A stretch of 64,000 bases of DNA. Origin: a virus. Its lineage: Duplodnaviria > Caudoviricetes. The stretch is taken from IMG/VR virus record IMGVR_UViG_3300032244_000223, positions 43,197 to 107,196 of that record; one strand, 5' to 3'. The translations under genes were made by a program, and so were the position numbers. Shown here piece after piece: positions 8,925 through 20,831 of the stretch. How positions within the stretch are numbered: position 1 is the stretch's first letter; the number at the start of each line of letters is the position of its first letter. The notes under the pieces are model-generated. The model saw nothing but the letters and a program-made list of their open reading frames with translations, was not told where the DNA came from and made no database searches.

Positions 8925-9353
8925 CTACGCCCGCCCGGTCCTCCGTGAGCCGAACGCCCCGGCAATCTCCTGCGGGGTCCAGTTCATCTCTGGCTCCTGG
9001 CTGTGCTCCACCTTGCGGATGTGGACGATACCCCCCTTACGGACGGGCAGTTCACGCTCGTAACTGTTCGCACTGTGCACAGCGTGGGACGCCTGCATGC
9101 CTTGGTGTTCCCAGGTTCCCGGCTCCACGATGTGACGGCGGTGGACCCGTGCAGTCACCACCCAGCCAGGGGTGTCGTACCCCTCTTCATCGAACGAAGC
9201 GAAGTGTTCGGCCACCGACTTGTCGGCTGACCAGTGCTGGCCGAGGGCCTGGGGGCGCAGGTCACCCATTTCCTCGGGGTCACGCACCCCACGGAAGAGC
9301 GTGACGAACTGCTCGCTCATCGCAGAGGTGATGGGGTTCACTCCCGACCTCAT
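8925..9353 (-). CDS. ADP-ribosyltransferase-like protein
   Basis: LFRGV...HWSADKSVAEHFA...YERELPV gives an R-S-ExE triad; start coupled to the upstream stop. Confidence 0.6.
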   Translation of the reverse strand: MRSGVNPITSAMSEQFVTLFRGVRDPEEMGDLRPQALGQHWSADKSVAEHFASFDEEGYDTPGWVVTARVHRRHIVEPGTWEHQGMQASHAVHSANSYERELPVRKGGIVHIRKVEHSQEPEMNWTPQEIAGAFGSRRTGRA

Positions 9354-9751
9354 CAGAGGTAGTCCTGGCTGGACTCGTTGATCCAGTCGCTGAGACGCCG
9401 CTTCACACCCTCGGGGTGCCGGTCCTCGCTGTCCATGTGCAGGGCTTCCACAGGTTGTCCACCCCTGTGGACTTCCAGGTACGGGCCACCCACGGTGTAG
9501 CGACCTTCCCACCCACCAGAGCCGGGGAGTTTCACGGTGGGGTAGTCCTGCTCTTCATCGAACTGGTGGCCCTGCCAGTCCTTGTGGGCGCCAGCCCACG
9601 CCTCGGTGACGTACGCCTGACGGAGGGCACCCGGCCCACCCATGACGCTCTCCATCTGGTCCCAGATGTGCCCGCCCAGGGCGGCACCGGCGATGCGGGA
9701 CTCGTCATCCTGTGAAAGCCCTGGTAGGCGACCTCGTTGTGGCTCTTTCAT
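9353..9751 (-). CDS. hypothetical protein
   Basis: 132-aa ORF in operon order. Confidence 0.7.
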   Translation of the reverse strand: MKEPQRGRLPGLSQDDESRIAGAALGGHIWDQMESVMGGPGALRQAYVTEAWAGAHKDWQGHQFDEEQDYPTVKLPGSGGWEGRYTVGGPYLEVHRGGQPVEALHMDSEDRHPEGVKRRLSDWINESSQDYL

Positions 9752-9808
9752 GGGGCACGACCTTCGGATTTCTGCGGACCTGTTGGGGATTTTTCGGGAG
9801 GGCCTCTC

Positions 9809-10411
9809 TCAACGACCGTGGGCGTTGAGGAAGGAGACTGCATCTTGCTGGCCCATGCGCTGTGACCAGTCGGGGAACATGGACTTGAGGGACATGAGGT
9901 GACCGGCTGCGCCACGGCTGTCCCGCTGGCCGACAGCGATGGCAGCGTCCCTGCCTGCCTGCATGGGCCGGTTGTACACAGGGACCTGCCGGTGGGCGTC
10001 GGTGTACACCTGGAGCAGCCCGTGAATCTCGTCGTCGGTAGGGAAGGCTTCACCACGGGACGAGCGGAACTGCCGATTGGCGGAGATCGACTCGTGTGAC
10101 TCCCGGTCCCATCCATACGGGTGTAACAGGTGGTGTAACTGGCTTTCGACCTTGGGCTTCACGAACTCGGTGCCGAAGGCCCCGCCCTTCTCGGCGGTGC
10201 GGTGGGTGAGGTCGCCCACATGCTCCAGCGAATGGCTGAGGGGGCTGCCACCGACGAGGTTCTGGAAGTGCAGCATGGCACCCTCGGGTCCACCACGCTG
10301 GTACATGGCCGCGCTGTGGAGCAGTTCCTTGTACTGGTCGGAGGTCAGGCTTGCCACCTCAGCACTGCCGAGGTGGTACCCCCTGGCGTGGAGGGCGTCG
10401 AACTCGCTCAC
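9809..10411 (-). CDS. hypothetical helical protein
   Basis: 200-aa ORF with GTGA overlap to the upstream gene. Confidence 0.7.
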   Translation of the reverse strand: MSEFDALHARGYHLGSAEVASLTSDQYKELLHSAAMYQRGGPEGAMLHFQNLVGGSPLSHSLEHVGDLTHRTAEKGGAFGTEFVKPKVESQLHHLLHPYGWDRESHESISANRQFRSSRGEAFPTDDEIHGLLQVYTDAHRQVPVYNRPMQAGRDAAIAVGQRDSRGAAGHLMSLKSMFPDWSQRMGQQDAVSFLNAHGR

Positions 10412-11640
10412 TTGCGCCCACGCTTCGGCTTCCCCAGGTCCAGCGACAACTGCTCGTATTCAGGTTCGGAGGGGGCAGGCTCAGGAGCCGGGGCGTGCTG
10501 GGGGAAGTGCTGGCGGTACATGTCCACCGACTGCTGCGTGACCTTGCCGAACCCCTGCGCTTCCAGGTGAGGAACGATGGCTGGGTTGTGGTGGGCCAGA
10601 TGACCCAGCAGCAGGCTGTTGGCCGACGAGTCTGCGATCACCTTGGACCGGGCCAGGTCCACGTCCTGGCGCATGGACCGTACGGACCTACCGGACTTGG
10701 TGATCACGTGCACGTACCGGTGATCAGGATGGTACAGCCCCGCATCCCTCATCAAGTCATCCCTGGCCGGAACCTCGGTGATGCCGAGGTCCGACATGGA
10801 AGCGTGGGCACGGGCTGCGGAGTACAGCGCACGCCCGGTGTTGTCCCTGAACCCGCTGAATTGCGTGGAGTACCCGGTCTGCTGGTGCAGGGAGGAAAGG
10901 TCTTCATGGGCAGAGGCGAGGCGGGTGAATCGGTCGGAAATGCCGTCTGCGAGTCCCTCGGAGCGTGGGTCGGGCCTGCCGACCATACCCTTGTATCGAC
11001 CGTGCTCATCAGCATCCTTGACCCAGTCAGCGTGCTGATCCAGTGCGTCCCAGCCGTGCATCGTGTGCCCGATTTCGTGCACCAATGCGTCCCAGTCGGG
11101 GCGACCGTACTGGTTCTTGATGGTGATACCCCGGTCCACAGGGTTGGCGTGGCTGCGCCCTTCACTCGGGCTAAGGGTGAGCGAGGCGTTCAACTGACTC
11201 AGGACATGTGGAGGCATACTGGTCCGCTTGATGGCGTTCACTGCTCCGGTGGACGCTGCGTCGTAGTCAGGTGGCCCTTCGAAACGGGCACGCCGGTCGT
11301 AATTGTCCTTGTCCTCCAGACGAAGGGCCTTGCGGATGAGCGGAGCAGAATCCTCCATCAACGGGTCACGGCCTGCCCCCGTACCGGTGGATGGGTGGAA
11401 GAGCAACCCCTGGTGAGCGGCAGTGCCAGCCGCACCAAGCCACGTCGCACCACCCTTCCCCATCCCGATTTCTGATCGCTGGTGACGAAGGAGACGGAGT
11501 GGGGCACTCCAGCCGCTGACCTGACCCTTGGGGTCATAGAAGGTGCCGTACCGGGTGTCAGCGTCGGCGGGGCCGTAGAAGACGGTCTTCCCCGTCTCGG
11601 GATTCTCCCAGTAGGTGCGGTCGAACTGTGATCCCAGCAT
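10408..11640 (-). CDS. zincin-like metallopeptidase-domain protein
   Basis: LVHEIGHTMH followed by SEGLAD (third-ligand Glu); GGAGG SD. Confidence 0.65.
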   Translation of the reverse strand: MLGSQFDRTYWENPETGKTVFYGPADADTRYGTFYDPKGQVSGWSAPLRLLRHQRSEIGMGKGGATWLGAAGTAAHQGLLFHPSTGTGAGRDPLMEDSAPLIRKALRLEDKDNYDRRARFEGPPDYDAASTGAVNAIKRTSMPPHVLSQLNASLTLSPSEGRSHANPVDRGITIKNQYGRPDWDALVHEIGHTMHGWDALDQHADWVKDADEHGRYKGMVGRPDPRSEGLADGISDRFTRLASAHEDLSSLHQQTGYSTQFSGFRDNTGRALYSAARAHASMSDLGITEVPARDDLMRDAGLYHPDHRYVHVITKSGRSVRSMRQDVDLARSKVIADSSANSLLLGHLAHHNPAIVPHLEAQGFGKVTQQSVDMYRQHFPQHAPAPEPAPSEPEYEQLSLDLGKPKRGRK

Positions 11641-11649
11641 CGGGGCCTC

Positions 11650-12063
11650 CTACAGCATGGGGTTGGCGATGCCGCCAAGCCCTCGGGCGGTGCCGGAGAA
11701 CATGTTTTCCTGCACGTCGGACTTGCGGGGCTTGGTCGGTGTGCCGCTGATCCACGACCGACGCTGGGGTGCCCAGCGGTCCGTGTCCAGCACGGCTTCG
11801 ATGGTCAGCGGCTCGCGAATGTAGCCATCCACCGGCATGTCGGGGTGCTCGGTGACCGGACGGATGGCACGAATCTGGTCAGTGGGCACCGTCATGAGGC
11901 GCATGGCCTCGCTGACGATGTACTGCTCCTTGGACTGGCCGGGACGGGGGTACCAAGGGACGGTGCGGACCCCGTCGTCGTACATGTTGGGGCCACCGGC
12001 AGTGGAACCACTGGCGACGGGGTCCATCGCCTGCCAGTCCTCGCGCATCACACGGTATGCCAT
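11650..12063 (-). CDS. hypothetical protein
   Basis: 137-aa ORF; TAACAT -10 six nt upstream of ATG (leaderless-type). Confidence 0.7.
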   Translation of the reverse strand: MAYRVMREDWQAMDPVASGSTAGGPNMYDDGVRTVPWYPRPGQSKEQYIVSEAMRLMTVPTDQIRAIRPVTEHPDMPVDGYIREPLTIEAVLDTDRWAPQRRSWISGTPTKPRKSDVQENMFSGTARGLGGIANPML

Positions 12064-12089
12064 GGGACGATGTTACATCGCCCGCAGGG

Positions 12090-12296
12090 TCAGACAGCGG
12101 GATCGGCGGGAGGTGCAGGCGGGTTCGGGACGAGCCGAACCAGCACGGCGATGAGGGCCTCCACCACCAACTGGATGGCACCGATCTGCTCGGGGCTGAG
12201 GCTGAGGACGAAGGCCGTGAGCAGCACGGTGAGGGCACGGAGCAGCGAACGGACTGCCGAACCGCCGTCACCGGCAAACAACTTCTGGAAGAGCAT
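12090..12296 (-). CDS. small membrane protein (holin-like)
   Basis: 68 aa with two hydrophobic helices; AGGAG SD. Confidence 0.6.
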   Translation of the reverse strand: MLFQKLFAGDGGSAVRSLLRALTVLLTAFVLSLSPEQIGAIQLVVEALIAVLVRLVPNPPAPPADPAV

Positions 12297-12298
12297 GT

Positions 12299-12898
12299 CT
12301 ATCTCCTTCTACGTTCCTGCTTTCCAGCAGGGGGGTCGTTGGGCGGGGGAGACTTCCTCCGCTCGGTACCGTCCCAGGGGAACGGGAACTGGGTCACCTC
12401 CCAGGCCACATGGTCCTTGAGGTCTTGGTGAAGGCTGCCGATGTCTTGGTGAAGGCTGCCGATGTCTTGGTGAAGGCTGCCGATCTCCAGCCGAACGGAC
12501 TCGCGGTATGAGGTGGACCCGTTGATGTGGTGCGCCAACTCGCCTTCCACCTGGGCCATCTTGCCGATGATCTTGGCCTGACCGTCCTTGAGGTCCATCA
12601 CGTGCTCATTGAGATTGCCGACGTGCTCCATCGTCATGGTCATCTGGCGCATGAGCGTGCCATGGCCGTTGGCTACGCCGATGTTCTTCTCCCGCCACTC
12701 CCTCTCTTCCATCTCCTTCTGAGTGAGGTGGGTCTTCACGGCATGGGCACGACGAGCAGCCATGATGGCAGCGACGCCACCGAGGATGCCTGCGATGGAG
12801 GGGACGATGATGATGAGCACGATGACCCATGTCGGGTACTCAGTGGAGGGGGCGGGGGAAACGATGCCAGTGATCCAGACAGAAACGTCTCTAGCCAC
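12299..12898 (-). CDS. membrane-anchored coiled-coil protein
   Basis: GTG at 12898 overlaps the upstream stop; TM helix WVIVLIIIVPSIAGILGGVAAIMAA followed by heptads. Confidence 0.6.
   Translation of the reverse strand: MARDVSVWITGIVSPAPSTEYPTWVIVLIIIVPSIAGILGGVAAIMAARRAHAVKTHLTQKEMEEREWREKNIGVANGHGTLMRQMTMTMEHVGNLNEHVMDLKDGQAKIIGKMAQVEGELAHHINGSTSYRESVRLEIGSLHQDIGSLHQDIGSLHQDLKDHVAWEVTQFPFPWDGTERRKSPPPNDPPAGKQERRRR
12422..12484. repeat. perfect 21-bp tandem repeat x3
   Basis: GTCTTGGTGAAGGCTGCCGAT x3, encoding IGSLHQD x3 on the minus strand. Confidence 0.95.
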
Positions 12899-13485
12899 CG
12901 CCGGGACCCACAGGAACGTATGGCACGGCCATACCTGGGTTTCCTCTCTGGCCGCTACTCCAAGAAGGAGCGAGGTGACGAAGCACCGCAGCCCGATCCG
13001 GTTGCTGCCGGGGACCCCACTGCGTGGTGCCGTTGGACTGCCCGCCCACCGGGACACGCTTCGGCCCGACCTTGCGGTCGGTGGGGTACCGCTCGTACTG
13101 GAGTTCCATCCCGACACCGGGCGTGGTGAAGCGCATGCCTGCGGCCTGTGTCTCCAGCGCAGTCCACTTGTTGAACTCTGGGGGCCAGAAGTAGTCACGG
13201 CCATCGACTCGTTCACCCTTGTGAATGCCTCGGGTGTAAGGGCGGTTTGACTCGCGCTGCTTGAGGCCGTCCAGCAGTCGGTCCTGGCGGCGGGTGTTGA
13301 TGGTGCCGAGGTATCCGTCAGGTACCTATTGGGTAAGTCGCTTCTGGCGTGCGCCTCCAACTCATGCGGAGGGCATCCAGATCACCATGTGCGACAGGTT
13401 GTGGTCCCATGGTTTCTGCTGCCCTGAACGGGGCATCACCTGCTGGGTACGACTGACCTTGCCACTGGTTGAACGACTTACTCAT
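12891..13485 (-). pseudogene. gene split by a +1 frameshift (pseudogene or recoded gene)
   Basis: 55-codon ORF 13485-13318 (MSKSFNQW...RTPEATYPIGT*) continues in the +1 frame as PDGYLGTINTRRQDRLL...HKGERVDGRDYFWP to 12891, with no start codon before 13136. Confidence 0.65.
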
Positions 13486-13879
13486 CTGACATCACCTCCC
13501 CCGCTGCTCGCCGCACGAAGGTGCGGATTCGATGACAGTTGGCACACACGACATCGCACTTGGCGACCTCTTCTTGCAACGCCGCCCACCCTAGTTGCTG
13601 GCCACTCTTGATGTCTCGGACCTTGGCCGTGCCGGGGAGGTGATCGAAGTCCAGGGCAGCATGGTGGCCCCGGTACCCGCAGTCGGCACAGCCGTGCTCC
13701 AACTTGTAGGAGATGACCCACGCCTTCTTGGTGGGTTGGTCCATACCGGGGTTCGACGTGGCCCGCTTCTGGATGGATGGGTCGCCGTAGCGGTTCCACC
13801 GGCTGTAGTGGGCGTGGCAGAACCCTCGCTTCACGCTGGACCGCGAGCAGTCAGCGACGGAGCACTCGGGCTTACCCAT
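13478..13879 (-). CDS. HNH endonuclease with N-terminal zinc finger (free-standing homing-type)
   Basis: CSVADC...CHAHY..W.RYGDP; CADCG...LDFDH...CDVVCANCHRIRT. Confidence 0.85.
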   Translation of the reverse strand: MGKPECSVADCSRSSVKRGFCHAHYSRWNRYGDPSIQKRATSNPGMDQPTKKAWVISYKLEHGCADCGYRGHHAALDFDHLPGTAKVRDIKSGQQLGWAALQEEVAKCDVVCANCHRIRTFVRRAAGEVMSDE

Positions 13880-14082
13880 CAGTTCACCACCTTCCCTGCG
13901 TCACCACTGCCGTAGTCCTTGGTGTCCCCCGTGACCCACTGAGCGGTGTCACGAAGGTGGAGTTGCTGCTCCCAGGTGTAGTCCTTGGGGTTCATCGGCC
14001 CCTGGATGTTGACGGGAGGAATGTGTGGGAAGTCGCCACGACCAGCACGTGCGCCACCTCGCAGCGTCGACCAGATGCCCAT
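13879..14082 (-). CDS. hypothetical protein
   Basis: 67-aa ORF coupled to the HNH start. Confidence 0.6.
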   Translation of the reverse strand: MGIWSTLRGGARAGRGDFPHIPPVNIQGPMNPKDYTWEQQLHLRDTAQWVTGDTKDYGSGDAGKVVN

Positions 14083-14091
14083 GCTGTGATA

Positions 14092-14367
14092 TTACTCCAC
14101 GGACTCGTACGTGCGGAGGAACACATCGGGGGAACAGGGGTAGTACTCGCCCTTGATGCCCTTGATGACCCAGTGGTCCAGGGGGCAGCGAATCCACTGG
14201 CCTTCTTCGGAGTTCCACACCATGAGTTGTGATACTTCCGTATCCAGGGTGGCAACCTCGGTATCAGCCCCGGTCCAGGCCCACTCCCTGATCTCCTCGT
14301 AGTTCTCCCCCGTCCACTGGATGGCTTCGATGGTGACGGGGACCTTGCGGTACTTCTGAGCAGGCAT
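14092..14367 (-). CDS. widespread conserved phage protein
   Basis: KYRKVPVTIEAIQWTGEN...WVIKGIKGEYYPCSPDVFLRTYE family pattern; AGGAGG SD. Confidence 0.8.
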   Translation of the reverse strand: MPAQKYRKVPVTIEAIQWTGENYEEIREWAWTGADTEVATLDTEVSQLMVWNSEEGQWIRCPLDHWVIKGIKGEYYPCSPDVFLRTYESVE

Positions 14368-14379
14368 GATGCCTCCTTG

Positions 14380-15024
14380 TTAGGCCGTTCCGATGGCGAC
14401 CCAGTGGATCGTCACGGTGGATGTAGATGTACCGGCGACGAGTGCAGCACGGTAGGAACCCTGCGTGGTGCTGAGGGTGGTGCCGACGTTGACGACCGTC
14501 GTTGTGTTACCCGTGAGGGCGGAACAGGTCAGTAGCAAGGTCGGGGTGGCCCCGAAAGTCACGCCAAAGTTGAAGGCGATGCCGTTAGTGCCTCCTACTG
14601 TTGCCGGGGTACCACTGAACGCCGCCGAGGTGAACGACCCGTGGGCAATGATCTGGCCCGAGGTGAAGTGGCGAGCGAACCCGGTGCTGTGGATACCGTC
14701 CAAGAGGTCCGCGTTCAGGTTGGTCACGGCAGTGGTCGACGTAACGGACAGCGGGGCTGTTCCAGTGGCAACGGTGGATGTGAGGCGTGACCCCTGGAGT
14801 ACGCCCGAGATCGTCACGTCAGTAGGGAGCGTCAGGGTGAGCGCACCGGACTGTGCCGTCCCGCTGGTGCCTCCGACCAGAATCTGGCTGGCGGTGCCGG
14901 TGAGGCTGTTGACCACCACTGTGGACAGCAGGTTCCAAGTGATGCCGTCCCACTGCCAGGACTTGCTGCCGACCGTGTGGATGTCGTTGACGGCGGGTGA
15001 GTTGGGGAAGTCGATTGCTGCCAT
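14380..15024 (-). CDS. tail-fibre / receptor-binding accessory protein
   Basis: N-terminal IDFPNSP...WQWDGITW module; NLNADLLDG fibre motif; C-terminal F..P.......IHWVAIG (gp53/H-lectin-like). Confidence 0.7.
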   Translation of the reverse strand: MAAIDFPNSPAVNDIHTVGSKSWQWDGITWNLLSTVVVNSLTGTASQILVGGTSGTAQSGALTLTLPTDVTISGVLQGSRLTSTVATGTAPLSVTSTTAVTNLNADLLDGIHSTGFARHFTSGQIIAHGSFTSAAFSGTPATVGGTNGIAFNFGVTFGATPTLLLTCSALTGNTTTVVNVGTTLSTTQGSYRAALVAGTSTSTVTIHWVAIGTA

Positions 15025-15030
15025 CTGGTC

Positions 15031-18381
<3,351 letters not shown>

Positions 18382-18389
18382 GCGTTACC

Positions 18390-18686
18390 TCAGCGTGCGA
18401 ACAAGTAGAAAATCTGTGCGCTGATGTCCTCGCCTTGGTCACCTCGGATGGTGTCGAACCCGACCACGCAGGCCAGGTCCATGCCCTTGGGGGCCACGAT
18501 GCCCCTGGCCACGGCGATGGCCTTGCAGGTCTGCGCCACTGCCCCCGCACCGATGGCACGGATGACCGGGAAGTGGCCCGATTCGAAGATGGACTTGGCG
18601 ATGGAGTTGGCGACAGCCTGGACAGGGCTACTGCCGCTGACCCTCATCAGGAACTCTTCCTGTGTGATACCGACAGTCCCCTGCAT
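18390..18686 (-). CDS. spoVS: SpoVS-family protein
   Basis: MRVSGSSPVQAVANSIA...IRAIGAGAVAQTCKAIAVARG signature. Confidence 0.85.
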   Translation of the reverse strand: MQGTVGITQEEFLMRVSGSSPVQAVANSIAKSIFESGHFPVIRAIGAGAVAQTCKAIAVARGIVAPKGMDLACVVGFDTIRGDQGEDISAQIFYLFAR

Positions 18687-18736
18687 TGATTCCTCCGACC
18701 GATGTGACGATACGGAGGGACGATAGCAGGGTTACG

Positions 18737-19171
18737 TCAGCGGGTGGGGGGTATGGTCTGCGACACCACACGTCTGCCGATGACCCGCTTGACCACCAGC
18801 GGCTCCTGCACAGCATCGCCGTAGCACTTCTCCAGCAGGACGTTGAGATACTTCACCGGCATGATGGCGTAGTACTCGCCCACGTCAGTGGTGCCAACCT
18901 TCTTGAACACCACAGCCCCGGCCTCGGACTTGGAGTTGATGACCTCGGCCTCCAACTCCTTCACGAAGGTGCCCAGCGTGGCGCGCTCGGTGGTCTTCTT
19001 GGCGGTCTTGGCTTCGATGACGAACGGGATGCGCTCGCTCAGTTGCAGGTCACCGAGGTCGGCGGCACCGTTCTGCGTGCGACGGTCGGCGTAGGGCCAG
19101 CCGTGCTCCCGTAGCCAGGTACGGATGGCGGATTCGTGGCCGGTACCCATGGCCTTAGCCCGGTTTGCCAC
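18737..19171 (-). CDS. Holliday junction resolvase-like PD-(D/E)XK nuclease
   Basis: KAMGTGHE...DLGDL...VIEAK. Confidence 0.8.
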   Translation of the reverse strand: MANRAKAMGTGHESAIRTWLREHGWPYADRRTQNGAADLGDLQLSERIPFVIEAKTAKKTTERATLGTFVKELEAEVINSKSEAGAVVFKKVGTTDVGEYYAIMPVKYLNVLLEKCYGDAVQEPLVVKRVIGRRVVSQTIPPTR

Positions 19172-19308
19172 TAGAACTCGCCTTCGTCAGGGGACTCCTC
19201 GTCCTCCACCGTCGTCCCGGCTTCCCACCCACAGTTGGGGCAGTACAACCTGTCGTCCTCGTCGTCCCACATGCGAGTCTCGCACTGCTTGCACTTGATG
19301 GTACGCAT
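19171..19308 (-). CDS. small zinc-ribbon protein (below the ORF-track cutoff)
   Basis: MRTIKCKQCETRMWDDEDDRLYCPNCGW...; coupled to both neighbours. Confidence 0.7.
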   Translation of the reverse strand: MRTIKCKQCETRMWDDEDDRLYCPNCGWEAGTTVEDEESPDEGEF

Positions 19309-19838
19309 CACGTCACGAACCGCCCTGCTCGTTGCTGCACGCTGTCCCTGCCGATGCGCCGGGACAGTTCTCTGGAGAGCAGGTTGGCCAGCCGCTCGCT
19401 GTTGTCACGCACGGTCTGTGCCCGCTTGCGTGCAGCCTTGGCGTGGAGGTACTGCTCACGTAGTGACACTACACCAGGGTCAGTATCCCTTTGCGCCTTT
19501 GCCACGGTGGCAGTGAAGTCGGACTTCACCCCGCCACGGGGGCCGACCGTGGTGCCAGCCGTGGACCAGGCAGTGATGACCGCCATGGACTCGGCATGTT
19601 CCAACTGGGAGGCGTAGTCAGCCTCCTTGATCTCAGCCTCCGTGCTGATGGTGTCAGCGAAGTTCTGCCAGGCCACAGCCTGCGTGAACTTGTCCATCAG
19701 TTCCGAGTCGCTGACCATGGTCAGGTCGGAGCCGTCCAGCATCGGCATGTCGAAGTTAGGACGGGCGAAGAGCCTTTCGTCGTCGGGCAGCAGGTGCCTT
19801 TCGGACTGCGACTGGCTTCGGTTGATCTGTCGTGTCAT
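19308..19838 (-). CDS. helical protein, possible UvsY-like recombination mediator
   Basis: Long coiled coil ending LSRELSRR, located in the RecA cluster. Confidence 0.5.
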   Translation of the reverse strand: MTRQINRSQSQSERHLLPDDERLFARPNFDMPMLDGSDLTMVSDSELMDKFTQAVAWQNFADTISTEAEIKEADYASQLEHAESMAVITAWSTAGTTVGPRGGVKSDFTATVAKAQRDTDPGVVSLREQYLHAKAARKRAQTVRDNSERLANLLSRELSRRIGRDSVQQRAGRFVT

Positions 19839-20745
19839 CTGCTACTCCCCAGCACTCGCCCTTGAACGGGCACGCCTTGCACGTTCGGTGTTCCTGCTTC
19901 GCCCACCCTGGGCGGTACGGCTCCATCCCCTGACGGACGGACTGCGCCACATCCTTGGCGGCTTCCAGCATCCATTCGATGACCTTGAAGTCCGGTGTGA
20001 CCACGAACTCCTTGGTCTGCTGGTTCCACTTGCTCTCGTAGATGAAGACCATCTTCTTGTAGCCAGCGAGCCAGCAGTACAGCGTGGCCTGGCGGATGTG
20101 AGCGGGAAAGGGCCGTTTGATTTCCTGCCATAGCCGGGTCAGGTCGTACTCGCCCTCGGTGTACTTGCGGTGCAACTCGGGGTGCTCCACCCTCACGGTG
20201 CCCACGCCGATGGACTTCACTTCGATGAGGAAGGGTTCGTCCACCTCCAACCAGTCGTTGCCGAAGTTCACCGCACCATCGGCATGGCCAGCGATCATGT
20301 ACTCCACGTTCTCCAGCGGCACCTCCCGGTACTTGAAGCGACCGGAGGACGAGGTGCAGTTGGGGCAGACCAGCGGTGACTGAGCGAAGAACGAGTGGCC
20401 GCACTCCTTGCACACCCACCTGCCGTAGAGCAGGCCCATGCCTTGCAGCCACGCCTGGTACTTGTCGTGGATGGTGTGGCCCTCAGCGAAGATCAGTTCG
20501 CTGGTGAACCGCGGTTCGATGTCTTCACGGGGGCCGAAGGTGATGCGGTAGAAGTCCTTGCGCTGACACCACCCCGGCTTGCACATCTCGCTGGGGTGCA
20601 TGATGTCCGTGCGCCGCTCGGACTCAGCCTCGTCGTCAGCCACCTTGCGGATGACGTACCGCTGCATCGGAGGCAGCAGGTACCCCTTGTTGCCCTTGAA
20701 GGACTCCCGGTGGGCGTCCAACGTCTTCCTGCCGACCTGCCTCAT
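19756..20745 (-). CDS. Cas4/RecB-like PD-(D/E)XK exonuclease
   Basis: HPSE..WC.R, GHTIH, GHADG, IEVKS, Q..LY, terminal C..CPF...C; inserted CKEC/CPNC ribbon. Confidence 0.85.
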   Translation of the reverse strand: MRQVGRKTLDAHRESFKGNKGYLLPPMQRYVIRKVADDEAESERRTDIMHPSEMCKPGWCQRKDFYRITFGPREDIEPRFTSELIFAEGHTIHDKYQAWLQGMGLLYGRWVCKECGHSFFAQSPLVCPNCTSSSGRFKYREVPLENVEYMIAGHADGAVNFGNDWLEVDEPFLIEVKSIGVGTVRVEHPELHRKYTEGEYDLTRLWQEIKRPFPAHIRQATLYCWLAGYKKMVFIYESKWNQQTKEFVVTPDFKVIEWMLEAAKDVAQSVRQGMEPYRPGWAKQEHRTCKACPFKGECWGVADDTTDQPKPVAVRKAPAARRRKALRPS

Positions 20746-20831
20746 ACGGTCAGCCCCAGGTACACCAGGGCGGCGACCATGACCGCGAGGATGATGACGG
20801 CCAGCAGCGTGTCCAGCCGGTCACCGTTCAC
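20742..20831 (-). CDS. small single-TM protein
   Basis: MNGDRLDTLLAVIILAVMVAALVYLGLTV fills the gap with 4-bp overlaps. Confidence 0.5.
   Translation of the reverse strand: MNGDRLDTLLAVIILAVMVAALVYLGLTV

Noticed and set aside
12299-13360. 353-aa ORF as listed in the track
   Set aside because: Its 5' half overlaps the frameshifted gene in another frame; the real start is probably the GTG at 12898
19756-20745. Cas4-like gene as evidence of a CRISPR system
   Set aside because: No repeat-spacer array or other cas genes; solo Cas4-like nucleases are common in phage recombination modules
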